A DNA stretch of 64,000 bases from the human T2T-CHM13v2.0 reference genome, Homo sapiens. Position 1 is the first letter of the stretch. Each line of letters starts with the position of its first letter. The stretch is from assembly GCF_009914755.1 (NCBI RefSeq), contig NC_060943.1; one strand, written 5' to 3'. Shown piece after piece: positions 13,301 to 27,000 of the stretch. The notes beneath the pieces are model-generated. The model did not search any database, had not been told where the DNA came from, and saw only the letters and a list, made by a program, of their open reading frames with translations. The translations under genes were made by a program, and so were the position numbers.

Positions 13301-15675
13301 ATGATTCTCAGAAACTCCTTTGTGATGTGTGCGTTCAACTCACAGAGTTCAACCTTTGTTTTCATAGAGCAGTTGGGAAACACTCTGTTTGTAAAGTCTG
13401 CAAGTGGATATTCAGACTTCTTTGAGGCCTTGGTTGGAAGCGGGTTTTCTTCATATTCTGCTAGACAGAAGAATTCTCAGTAACTTCCTTGTGTTGTGTG
13501 TATTCAACTCACAGAGTTGAACGATCCTTTACACAGAGCAGACTTGAAACACTCTTTTGTGGAATTTGCAAGTGGAGATTTCAGCCGCTTTGAGGTCAAT
13601 GGTAGAATAGGAAATATCTTCCTATAGAAACTAGACAGAATGATTCTCAGAAACTCCTTTGTGATGTGTGCGTTCAACTCACAGAGTTCAACCTTTCTTT
13701 TCATAGAGCAGTTGGGAAACACTCTGTAAAGTCTGCAAGTGGATATTCAGACCTCTTTGAGGCCTTCGTTGGAAGCGGGATTTCTTCATATTCTTCTAGA
13801 CAGAAGAATTCTCAGTAACTTCCTTGTGTTGTGTGTATTCAACTCACAGAATTGAACGATCCTTTACACAGAGCAGACTTGAAACACTCTTTTTGTGGAA
13901 TTTGCAAGTGGAGATTTCAGCCGCTTTGAGGTCAATGGTAGAAAAGGAAATATCTTCGTATAAAAACTAGACAGAATGATTCTCAGAAACTCCTTTGTGA
14001 TGTGTGCGTTCAACTCACAGAGTTTAACCTTTCTTTTCATAGAGCAGTTAGGAAACACTCTGTTTGTAAAGTCTGCAAGTTGATATTCAGACCTCCTTGA
14101 GGCGTTCGTTGGAAACGGGATTTCTTCATATTATGCTAGACAGAAGAATTCTCAGTAACTTCCTTGTGTTGTGTGTATTCAACTCACAGAGTTGAACGAT
14201 CCTTTACACAGAGCAGACTTGAAACACTCTTTTTGTGGAATTTGCAAGTGGAGATTTCAGCCGCTTTGAGGTCAATGGTAGAAAAGGAAATATCTTCGTA
14301 TAAAAACTAGACAGAATGATTCTCAGAAACTCCTTTGTGATGTGTGCGTTCAACTCACAGAGTTCAACCTTTCTTTTCATAGAGCAGTTGGGAAACACTC
14401 TGTTTGTAAACTCTGCAAGTGGATATTCAGACTTCTTTGAGGCCTTCGTTTGAAGCGGGATTTCTTCATATTCTGCTAGACAGAAGAATTCTCAGTAACT
14501 TCCTTGTGTTGTGTGTATTCAACTCACAGAGTTGAACGATCCTTTACACAGAGCAGACTTGAAACACTCTTTTTGTGGAATTTGCAAGTGGAGATTTCAG
14601 CCGCTTTGAGGTCAATGGTAGAATAGGAAATATCTTCCTATAGAAACTAGACAGAATGATTCTCAGAAACTCCTTTGTGATGTGTGCGTTCAACTCACAG
14701 AGTTTAACCTTTCTTTTCATAGAGCAGTTAGGAAACACTCTGTTTGTAAAGTCTGCAAGTGGATATTCAGACATCCTTGAGGCTTTCGTTGGAAACGGGA
14801 TTTCTTCATATTCTGCTAGAAAGAAGAATTCTCAGTAACTTCCTTGTGTTGTGTGTATTCAACTCACACAGTTGAACGATCCTTTACACAGAGCAGACTT
14901 GAAACACTCTTTTTGTGGAATTTGCAAGTGGAGATTTCAGCCGCTTTGAGGTCAATGGTAGAATAGGAAATATCTTCCTATAGAAACTAGACAGAATGAT
15001 TCTCAGAAACTCCTTTGTGATGTGTGCATTCAACTCACAGAGTTCAACCTTTCTTTTCATAGAGCAGTTGGGAAACACTCTGTTTGTAAAGTCTGCAAGT
15101 GGATATTCAGACCTCTTTGAGGCCTTCTTTGGAAGCGGGATTTCTTCATATTCTTCTAGACAGAAGAATTCTCAGTAACTTCCTTGTGTTGTGTGTATTC
15201 AACTCACAGAATTGAACGATCCTTTACACAGAGCAGACTTGAAACACTCTTTTTGTGGAATTTGCAAGTGGAGATTTCAGCCGCTTTGAGGTCAATGGTA
15301 GAAAAGGAAATATCTTCGTATAAAAACTAGACAGAATGATTCTCAGAAACTCCTTTGTGATGTGTGCGTTCAACTCACAGAGTTTAACCTTTCTTTTCAT
15401 AGAGCAGTTAGGAAACACTCTGTTTGTAAAGTCTGCAAGTTGATATTCAGACCTCCTTGAGGCCTTCGTTGGAAACGGGATTTCTTCATATTATGCTAGA
15501 CAGAAGAATTCTCAGTAACTTCCTTGTGTTGTGTGTATTCAACTCACAGAGTTGAACGATCCTTTACACAGAGCAGACTTGAAACACTCTTTTTGTGGAA
15601 TTTGCAAGTGGAGATTTCAGCCGCTTTGAGTTCAATGGTAGAATAGGAAATATCTTCCTATAGAAACTAGACAGA

Positions 15676-18600
15676 ATGATTCTCAGAAACTCCTTTGTGA
15701 TGTGTGCGTTCAACTCACAGAGTTCAACCTTTGTTTTCATAGAGCAGTTGGGAAACACTCTGTTTGTAAAGTCTGCAAGTGGATATTCAGACTTCTTTGA
15801 GGCCTTCGTTGGAAGCGGGATTTCTTCATATTCTGCTAGACAGAAGAATTCTCAGTAACTTCCTTGTGTTGTGTGTATTCAACTCACAGAGTTGAACGAT
15901 CCTTTACACAGAGCAGACTTGAAACACTCTTTTTGTGGAATTTGCAAGTGGAGATTTCAGCCGCTTTGAGGTCAATGGTAGAATAGGAAATATCTTCCTA
16001 TAGAAACTAGACAGAATGATTCTCAGAAACTCCTTTGTGATGTGTGCGTTCAACTCACAGAGTTCAACCTTTCTTTTCATAGAGCAGTTGGGAAACACTC
16101 TGTTTGTAAAGTCTGCAAGTGGATATTCAGACCTCTTTGAGGCCTTCGTTGGAAGCGGGATTTCTTCATATTCTTCTAGACAGAAGAATTCTCAGTAACT
16201 TCCTTGTGTTGTGTGTATTCAACTCACAGAATTGAACGATCCTTTACACAGAGCAGACTTGAAACACTCTTTTTGTGGAATTTGCAAGTGGAGATTTCAG
16301 CCGCTTTGAGGTCAATGGTAGAAAAGGAAATATCTTCGTATAAAAACTAGACAGAATGATTCTCAGAAACTCCTTTGTGATGTGTGCGTATAACTCACAG
16401 AGTTTAACCTTTCTTTTCATAGAGCAGTTAGGAAACACTCTGTTTGTAAAGTCTGCAAGTTGATATTCAGACCTCCTTGAGGCCTTCGTTGGAAACGGGA
16501 TTTCTTCATATTATGCTAGACAGAAGAATTCTCAGTAACTTCCTTGTGTTGTGTGTATTCAACTCACAGAGTTGAACGATCCTTTACACAGAGCAGACTT
16601 GAAACACTCTTTTTGTGGAATTTGCAAGTGGAGATTTCAGCCGCTTTGAGGTCAATGGTAGAAAAGGAAATATCTTCGTATAAAAACTAGACAGAATGAT
16701 TCTCAGAAACTCCTTTGTGATGTGTGCTTTCAACGCACTGAGTTTAACCTTTCTTTTCATAGAGCAGTTAGGAAACACTCTGTTTGTAAAGTCTGCAAGT
16801 GAATATTCAGACCTCCTTGAGGCCTTCGTTGGAAACGGGATTTCTTCCTATTATGCTAGACAGAAGAATTCTCAGTAACTTCCTTGTGTTGTGTGTATTC
16901 AACTCACAGAGTTGAACGATCCTTTACACAGAGCAGACTTGAAACACTCTTTTTGTGGAATTTGCAAGTGGAGATTTCAGCCGCTTTGAGTTCAATGGTA
17001 GAATAGGAAATATCTTCCTATAGAAACTAGACAGAATGATTCTCAGAAACTCCTTTGTGATGTGTGCGTTCAACTCACAGAGTTCAACCTTTCTTTTCAT
17101 AGAGCAGTTGGGAAACACTCTGTTTGTAAACTCTGCAAGTGGATATTCAGACTTCTTTGAGGCCTTCGTTGGAAGCGGGATTTCTTCATATTCTGCTAGA
17201 CAGAAGAATTCTCAGTAACTTCCTTCTGTTGTGTGTATTCAACTCACAGAGTTGAACGATCCTTTACACAGAGCAGACTTCAAACACTCTTTTTGTGGAA
17301 TTTGCAAGTGGAGATTTCAGCCGCTTTGAGTTCAATGGTAGAATAGGAAATATCTTCCTATAGAAACTAGACAGAATGATTCTCAGAAACTCCTTTGTTA
17401 TGTGTGCGTTCAACTCACAGAGTTTAACCTTTCTTTTCATAGAGCAGTTAGGAAACACTCTGTTTGTAAAGTCTGCAAGTGGATATTCAGACATCCTTGA
17501 GGCTTTCGTTGGAAACGGGATTTCTTCATATTCTGCTAGAAAGAAGAATTCTCAGTAACTTCCTTGTGTTGTGTGTATTCAACTCACAGAGTTGAACGAT
17601 CCTTTACACAGAGCAGACTTGAAACACTCTTTTTGTGGAATTTGCAAGTGGAGATTTCAGCCGCTTTGAGGTCAATGGTAGAATAGGAAATATCTTCCTA
17701 TAGAAACTAGACAGAATGATTGTCAGAAACTCCTTTGTGATGTGTGCGTTCAACTCACAGAGTTCAACCTTTCTTTTCATAGAGCAGTTGGGAAACACTC
17801 TGTTTGTAAAGTCTGCAAGTGGATATTCAGACCTCTTTGAGGCCTTCGTTGGAAGCGGGATTTCTTCATATTCTTCTAGACAGAAGAATTCTCAGTAACT
17901 TCCTTGTGTTGTGTGTATTCAACTCACAGAATTGAACGATCCTTTACACAGAGCAGACTTGAAACACTCTTTTTGTGGAATTTGCAAGTGGAGATTTCAG
18001 CCGCTTTGAGGTCAATGGTAGAATAGGAAATATCTTCCTATAGAAACTAGACAGAATGATTCTCAGAAACTCCTTTGTGATGTGTGCGTTCAACTCACAG
18101 AGTTTAACCTTTCTTTTCATAGAGCAGTTAGGAAACACTCTGTTTGTAAAGTCTGCAAGTGGATATTCAGACATCCTTGAGGCTTTCGTTGGAAACGGGA
18201 TTTCTTCATATTCTGCTAGAAAGAAGAATTCTCAGTAACTTCCTTGTGTTGTGTGTATTCAACTCACAGAGTTGAACGATCCTTTACACAGAGCAGACTT
18301 GAAACACTCTTTTTGTGGAATTTGCAAGTGGAGATTTCAGCCGCTTTGAGGTCAATGGTAGAATAGGAAATATCTTCCTATAGAAACTAGACAGAATGAT
18401 TCTCAGAAACTCCTTTGTGATGTGTGCGTTCAACTCACAGAGTTTAACCTTTCTTTTCATAGAGCAGTTGGGAAACACTCTGTTTGTAAAGTCTGCAAGT
18501 GGATATTCAGACATCCTTGAGGCTTTCGTTGGAAACGGGATTTCTTCATATTCTGCTAGAAAGAAGAATTCTCAGTAACTTCCTTGTGTTGTGTGTATTC

Positions 18601-21600
18601 AACTCACAGAGTTGAACGATCCTTTACACAGAGCAGACTTGAAACACTCTTTTTGCGGAATTTGCAAGTGGAGATTTCAGCCGCTTTGAGGTCAATGGTA
18701 GAATAGGAAATATCTTCCTATAGAAACTAGACAGAATGATTCTCAGAAACTCCTTTGTGATGTGTGCGTTCAACTCACACAGTTTAACCTTTCTTTTCAT
18801 AGAGCAGTTAGGAAACACTCTGTTTGTAAAGTCTGCAAGTGGATATTCAGACCTCCTTGAGGCCTTCGTTGGAAACGGGATTTCTTCATATTATGCTAGA
18901 CAGAAGAATTCTCAGTAACTTCCTTGTGTTGTGTGTATTCAACTCACAGAGTTGAACGATCCTTTACACAGAGCAGACTTGAAACACTCTTTTTGTGGAA
19001 TTTGCAAGTGGAGATTTCAGCCGCTTTGAGTTCAATGGTAGAATAGGAAATATCTTCCTATAGAAACTAGACAGAATGATTCTCAGAAACTCCTTTGTGA
19101 TGTGTGCGTTCAACTCACAGAGTTCAACCTTTCTTTTCATAGAGCAGTTGGGAAACACTCTGTTTGTAAAGTCTGCAAGTGGATATTCAGACTTCTTTGA
19201 GGCCTTCGTTGGAAGCGGGATTTCTTCATGTTCTGCTAGACAGAAGAATTCTCAGTAACTTCCTTGTGTTGTGTGTATTCAACTCAGAGAGTTGAACGAT
19301 CCTTTACACAGAGCAGACTTGAAACACTCTTTTTGTGGAATTTGCAAGTGGAGATTTCAGCCGCTTTGAGGTCAATGGTAGAATAGGAAATATCTTCCTA
19401 TAGAAACTAGACAGAATGATTCTCAGAAACTCCTTTGTGATGTGTGCGTTCAACTCACAGAGTTTAACCTTTCTTTTCATAGAGCAGTTAGGAAACACTC
19501 TGTTTGTAAAGTCTGCAAGTGGATATTCAGACATCCTTGAGGCTTTCGTTGGAAACGGGATTTCTTCATATTCTGCTAGAAAGAAGAATTCTCAGTAACT
19601 TCCTTGTGTTGTGTGTATTCAACTCACAGAGTTGAACGATCCTTTACACAGAGCAGACTTGAAACACTCTTTTTGTGGAATTTGCAAGTGGAGATTTCAG
19701 CCGCTTTGAGGTCAATGGTAGAATAGAAAATATCTTCCTATAGAAAGTAGACAGAATGATTCTCAGAAACTCCTTTGTGATGTGTGCGTTCAACTCACAG
19801 AGTTTAACCTTTCTTTTCATAGAGCAGTTGGGAAACACTCTGTTTGTAAAGTCTGCAGGTGGATATTCAGACATCCTTGAGGCTTTCGTTGGAAACGGGA
19901 TTTCTTCATATTCTGCTAGAAAGAAGAATTCTCAGTAACTTCCTTGTGTTGTGTGTATTCAACTCACAGAGTTGAACGATCCTTTACACAGAGCAGACTT
20001 GAAACACTCTTTTTGCGGAATTTGCAAGTGGAGATTTCAGCCGCTTTGAGGTCAATGGTAGAATAGGAAATATCTTCCTATAGAAACTAGACAGAATGAT
20101 TCTCAGAAACTCCTTTGTGATGTGTGCGTTCAACTCACACAGTTTAACCTTTCTTTTCATAGAGCAGTTAGGAAACACTCTGTTTGTAAAGTCTGCAAGT
20201 GGATATTCAGACCTCCTTGAGGCCTTCGTTGGAAACGGGATTTCTTCATATTATGCTAGACAGAAGAATTCTCAGTAACTTCCTTGTGTTGTGTGTATTC
20301 AACTCACAGAGTTGAACGATCCTTTACACAGAGCAGACTTGAAACACTCTTTTTGTGGAATTTGCAAGTGGAGATTTCAGCCGCTTTGAGTTCAATGGTA
20401 GAATAGGAAATATCTTCCTATAGAAACTAGACAGAATGATTCTCAGAAACTCCTTTGTGATGTGTGCGTTCAACTCACAGAGTTCAACCTTTGTTTTCAT
20501 AGAGCAGTTGGGAAACACTCTGTTTGTAAAGTCTGCAAGTGGATATTCAGACTTCTTTGAGGCCTTCGTTGGAAGCGGGATTTCTTCATATTCTGCTAGA
20601 CAGAAGAATTCTCAGTAACTTCCTTGTGTTGTGTGTATTCAACTCACAGAGTTGAACGATCCTTTACACAGAGCAGACTTGAAACACTCTTTTTGTGGAA
20701 TTTGCAAGTGGAGATTTCAGCCGCTTTGAGGTCAATGGTAGAATAGGAAATATCTTCCTATAGAAACTAGACAGAATGATTCTCAGAAACTCCTTTGTGA
20801 TGTGTGCGTTCAACTCACAGAGTTCAACCTTTCTTTTCATAGAGCAGTTGGGAAACACTCTGTTTGTAAAGTCTGCAAGTGGATATTCAGACCTCTTTGA
20901 GGCCTTCGTTGGAAGCGGGATTTCTTCATATTCTTCTAGACAGAAGAATTCTCAGTAACTTCCTTGTGTTGTGTGTATTCAACTCACAGAATTGAACGAT
21001 CCTTTACACAGAGCAGACTTGAAACACTCTTTTTGTGGAATTTGCAAGTGGAGATTTCAGCCGCTTTGAGGTCAATGGTAGAAAAGGAAATATCTTCGTA
21101 TAAAAACTAGACAGAATGATTCTCAGAAACTCCTTTGTGATGTGTGCGTTCAACTCACAGAGTTTAACCTTTCTTTTCATAGAGCAGTTAGGAAACACTC
21201 TGTTTGTAAAGTCTGCAAGTTGATATTCAGACCTCCTTGAGGCCTTCGTTGGAAACGGGATTTCTTCATATTATGCTAGACAGAAGAATTCTCAGTAACT
21301 TCCTTGTGTTGTGTGTATTCAACTCACAGAGTTGAACGATCCTTTACACAGAGCAGACTTGAAACACTCTTTTTGTGGAATTTGCAAGTGGAGATTTCAG
21401 CCGCTTTGAGGTCAATGGTAGAATAGGAAATATCTTCCTATAGAAACTAGACAGAATGATTCTCAGAAACTCCATTGTGATGTGTGCGTTCAACTCACAG
21501 AGTTCAACCTTTCTTTTCATAGAGCAGTTGGGAAACACTCTGTTTGTAAAGTCTGCAAGTGGATATTCAGACCTCTTTGAGGCCTTCGTTGGAAGCGGGA

Positions 21601-24079
21601 TTTCTTCATATTCTTCTAGACAGAAGAATTCTCAGTAACTTCCTTGTGTTGTGTGTATTCAACTCACAGAATTGAACGATCCTTTACACAGAGCAGACTT
21701 GAAACACTCTTTTTGTGGAATTTGCAAGTGGAGATTTCAGCCGCTTTGAGGTCAATGGTAGAAAAGGAAATATCTTCGTATAAAAACTAGACAGAATGAT
21801 TCTCAGAAACTCCTTTGTGATGTGTGCGTTCAACTCACAGAGTTTAACCTTTCTTTTCATAGAGCAGTTAGGAAACACTCTGTTTGTAAAGTCTGCAAGT
21901 TGATATTCAGACCTCCTTGAGGCCTTCGTTGGAAACGGGATTTCTTCATATTATGCTAGACAGAAGAATTCTCAGTAACTTCCTTGTGTTGTGTGTATTC
22001 AACTCACAGAGTTGAACGATCCTTTACACAGAGCAGACTTGAAACACTCTTTTTGTGGAATTTGCAAGTGGAGATTTCAGCCGCTTTGAGGTCAATGGTA
22101 GAAAAGGAAATATCTTCGTATAAAAACTAGACAGAATGATTCTCAGAAACTCCTTTGTGATGTGTGCTTTCAACGCACAGAGTTTAACCTTTCTTTTCAT
22201 AGAGCAGTTAGGAAACACTCTGTTTGTAAAGTCTGCAAGTGAATATTCAGACCTCCTTGAGGCCTTCGTTGGAAACGGGATTTCTTCCTATTATGTTAGA
22301 CAGAAGAATTCTCAGTAACTTCCTTGTGTTGTGTGTATTCAACTCACAGAGTTGAACGATCCTTTACACAGAGCAGACTTGAAACACTCTTTTTGTGGAA
22401 TTTGCAAGTGGAGATTTCAGCCGCTTTGAGTTCAATGGTAGAATAGGAAATATCTTCCTATAGAAACTAGACAGAATGATTCTCAGAAACTCCTTTGTGA
22501 TGTGTGCGTTCAACTCACAGAGTTCAACCTTTCTTTTCATAGAGCAGTTGGGAAACACTCTGTTTGTAAACTCTGCAAGTGGATATTCAGACTTCTTTGA
22601 GGCCTTCGTTGGAAGCGGGATTTCTTCATATTCTGCTAGACAGAAGAATTCTCAGTAACTTCCTTCTGTTGTGTGTATTCAACTCACAGAGTTGAACGAT
22701 CCTTTACACAGAGCAGACTTCAAACACTCTTTTTGTGGAATTTGCAAGTGGAGATTTCAGCCGCTTTGAGTTCAATGGTAGAATAGGAAATATCTTCCTA
22801 GAGAAACTAGACAGAATGATTCTCAGAAACTCCTTTGTTATGTGTGCGTTCAACTCACAGAGTTTAACCTTTCTTTTCATAGAGCAGTTAGGAAACACTC
22901 TGTTTGTAAAGTCTGCAAGTGGATATTCAGACATCCTTGAGGCTTTCGTTGGAAACGGGATTTCTTCATATTCTGCTAGAAAGAAGAATTCTCAGTAACT
23001 TCCTTGTGTTGTGTGTATTCAACTCACAGAGTTGAACGATCCTTTACACAGAGCAGACTTGAAACACTCTTTTTGTGGAATTTGCAAGTGGAGATTTCAG
23101 CCGCTTTGAGGTCAATGGTAGAATAGGAAATATCTTCCTATAGAAACTAGACAGAATGATTCTCAGAAACTCCTTTGTGATGTGTGCGTTCAACTCACAG
23201 AGTTCAACCTTTCTTTTCATAGAGCAGTTGGGAAACACTCTGTTTGTAAAGTCTGCAAGTGGATATTCAGACCTCTTTGAGGCCTTCGTTGGAAGCGGGA
23301 TTTCTTCATATTCTTCTAGACAGAAGAATTCTCAGTAACTTCCTTGTGTTGTGTGTATTCAACTCACAGAATTGAACGATCCTTTACACAGAGCAGACTT
23401 GAAACACTCTTTTTGTGGAATTTGCAAGTGGAGATTTCAGCCGCTTTGAGGTCAATGGTAGAAAAGGAAATATCTTCGTATAAAAACTAGACAGAATGAT
23501 TCTCAGAAACTCCTTTGTGATGTGTGCGTTCAACTCACAGAGTTTAACCTTTCTTTTCATAGAGCAGTTAGGAAACACTCTGTTTGTAAAGTCTGCAAGT
23601 TGATATTCAGACCTCCTTGAGGCCTTCGTTGGAAACGGGATTTCTTCATATTATGCTAGACAGAAGAATTCTCAGTAACTTCCTTGTGTTGTGTGTATTC
23701 AACTCACAGAGTTGAACGATCCTTTACACAGAGCAGACTTGAAACACTCTTTTTGTGGAATTTGCAAGTGGAGATTTCAGCCGCTTTGAGGTCAATGGTA
23801 GAAAAGGAAATATCTTCGTATAAAAACTAGACAGAATGATTCTCAGAAACTCCTTTGTGATGTGTGCTTTCAACGCACAGAGTTTAACCTTTCTTTTCAT
23901 AGAGCAGTTAGGAAACACTCTGTTGGTAAAGTCTGCAAGTGGATATTCAGACCTCCTTGAGGCCTTCGTTGGAAACGGGATTTCTTCATATTATGCTAGA
24001 CAGAAGAATTCTCAGTAACTTCCTTGTGTTGTGTGTATTCAACTCACAGAGTTGAACGATCCTTTACACAGAGCAGACT
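15676..24079 (+). repeat. Cluster of short local duplications (2-, 4- and 5-dimer periods)
   Basis: Dimers 16016-17716 recur at 21456-23156 (offset 5440; markers TGCTTTCAACG, GAATATTC, AAACTCTGC, CTTCAAAC, TTGTTATG). 21456-22136 recurs at 23156-23836 (1700). 18056-18736 recurs at 19416-20096 (1360; TTTTGCGG, CACACAG). 15676-16356 recurs at 20436-21116 (4760). Confidence 0.8.
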
Positions 24080-27000
24080 TGAAACACTCTTTTTGTGGAA
24101 TTTGCAAGTGGAGATTTCAGCCGCTTTGAGTTCAATGGTAGAATAGGAAATATCTTCCTATAGAAACTAGACAGAATGATTCTCAGAAACTCCTTTGTGA
24201 TGTGTGCGTTCAACTCACAGAGTTCAACCTTTCTTTTCATAGAGCAGTTGGGAAACACTCTGTTTGTAAAGTCTGCAAGTGGATATTCAGACCTCCTTGA
24301 GGCCTTCGTTGGAAGCGGGATTTCTTCATCTTCTGCTAGACAGAAGAATTCTCAGTAACTTCCTTGTGTTGTGTGTATTCAACTCACAGAGTTGAATGAT
24401 CCTTTACACAGAACAGTCTTGAAACACTCTTTTTGTGGAATTTGCAAGTGGAGATTTCATCCGCTTTGAGGTCAATGGTAGAATAGGAAATATCTTCCTA
24501 TAGAAACTAGACAGAATGATTCTCAGAAACTCCTTTGTGATGTGTGCGTTCAACTCACAGAGTTTAACCTTTCTTTTCATAGAGCAGTTAGGAAACACTC
24601 TGTTTGTAAAGTCTGCAAGTGGATATTCAGACATCTTTGAGGCTTTCGTTGGAAACGGGATTTCTTCATATTCTGCTAGGCAGAAGAATTCTCAGAAACT
24701 TCGATGTGTTGTGTGTTTTCAACTCACAGAGTTCAACGATCATTTACACAGAGTAGACTTGAAACACTCTTTTTGTGGAATTGGCAGGGTGGAGATTTCA
24801 GCCGCTTTGAGGTCAAAGGTAGAAAAGGAAATATCTTCGTATAAAAACTAGACAGAGTGATTCTCAGAAACTCCTTTGTGATGTGTGCGTTCAACTCACA
24901 GAGTTTAACCTTTCTTTTCATAGAGCAGTTAGGAAACACTCTGTTTGTAAAGTCTGCAAGTGGATATTCAGACCTCCTTGAGGCCTTCGTTGGAAACGGG
25001 ATTTCTTCATATTATGCTAGACAGAAGAATTCTCAGTAACTTCCTTGTGTTGTGTGTATTCAACTCACAGAGTTGAACGATCCTTTACACAGAGCAGACT
25101 TGAAACACTCTTTTTGTGGAATTTGCAAGTGGAGATTTCAGCCGCTTTGAGTTCAATGGTAGAATAGGAAATATCTTCCTATAGAAACTAGACAGAATGA
25201 TTCTCAGAAACTCCTTTGTGATGTGTGCGTTCAACTCACAGAGTTCAACCTTTCTTTTCATAGAGCAGTTGGGAAACACTCTGTAAAGTCTGCAAGTGGA
25301 TATTCAGACTTCTTTGAGGCCTTGGTTGGAAGCGGGATTTCTTCATATTCTGCTAGACAGAAGAATTCTCAGTAACTTCCTTGTGTTGTGTGTATTCAAC
25401 TCACAGAGTTGAACGATCCTTTACACAGAGCAGACTTGAAACACTCTTTTTGTGGAATTTGCAAGTGGAGATTTCAGCCGCTTTGAGGTCAATGGTAGAA
25501 TAGGAAATATCTTCCTATAGAAACTAGACAGAATGATTCTCAGAAACTCCTTTGTGATGTGTGCGTTCAACTCACAGAGTTCAACCTTTCTTTTCATAGA
25601 GCCGTTGGGAAACACTCTGTTTGTAAAGTCTGCAAGTGGATATTCAGACCTCTTTGAGGCCTTCGTTGGAAGCGGGATTTCTTCATATTCTTCTAGACAG
25701 AAGAATTCTCAGTAACTTCCTTGTGTTGTGTGTATTCAACTCACAGAATTGAACGATCCTTTACACAGAGCAGACTTGAAACACTCTTTTTGTGGAATTT
25801 GCAAGTGGAGATTTCAGCCGCTTTGAGTTCAATGGTAGAATAGGAAATATCTTCCTATAGAAACTAGACAGAATGATTCTCAGAAACTCCTTTGTGATGT
25901 GTGCGTTCAACTCACAGAGTTCAACCTTTCTTTTTCATAGAGCCGTTGGGAAACACTCTGTTTGTAAAGTCTGCAAGTGGATATTCAGACTTCTTTGAGG
26001 CCTTCGTTGGAAGCGGGATTTCTTCATATTCTCCTAGACAGAAGAATTCTCAGTAACTTCCTTGTGTTGTGTGTATTCAACTCACAGAGTTGAACGATCC
26101 TTTACACAGAGCAGACTTGAAACACTCTTTTTGTGGAATTTGCAAGTGGAGATTTCAGCCGCTTTGAGGTCAATGGTAGAATAGGAAATATCTTCCTATA
26201 GAAACTAGACAGAATGATTCTCAGAAACTCCTTTGTGATGTGTGCGTTCAACTCACAGAGTTTAACCTTTCTTTTCATAGAGCAGTTAGGAAACACTCTG
26301 TTTGTAAAGTCTGCAAGTGGATATTCAGACATCCTTGAGGCTTTCGTTGGAAACGGGATTTCTTCATATTCTGCTAGAAAGAAGAATTCTCAGTAACTTC
26401 CTTGTGTTGTGTGTATTCAACTCACAGAGTTGAACGATCCTTTACACAGAGCAGACTTGAAACACTCTTTTTGTGGAATTTGCAAGTGGAGATTTCAGCC
26501 GCTTTGAGGTCAATGGTAGAATAGGAAATATCTTCCTATAGAAACTAGACAGAATGATTCTCAGAAACTCCTTTGTGATGTGTGCGTTCAACTCACAGAG
26601 TTTAACCTTTCTTTTCATAGAGCAGTTGGGAAACACTCTCTTTGTAAAGTCTGCAAGTGGATATTCAGACATCCTTGAGGCTTTCGTTGGAAACGGGATT
26701 TCTTCATATTCTGCTAGAAAGAAGAATTCTCAGTAACTTCCTTGTGTTGTGTGTATTCAACTCACAGAGTTGAACGATCCTTTACACAGAGCAGACTTGA
26801 AACACTCTTTTTGCGGAATTTGCAAGTGGAGATTTCAGCCGCTTTGAGGTCAATGGTAGAATAGGAAATATCTTCCTATAGAAACTAGACAGAATGATTC
26901 TCAGAAACTCCTTTGTGATGTGTGCGTTCAACTCACACAGTTTAACCTTTCTTTTCATAGAGCAGTTAGGAAACACTCTGTTTGTAAAGTCTGCAAGTGG

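Noticed and set aside
14444-14460. Variant CENP-B box CTTCGTTTGAAGCGGGA
   Set aside because: The change is outside the essential TTCG/A/CGGG core, so it was not counted as broken.
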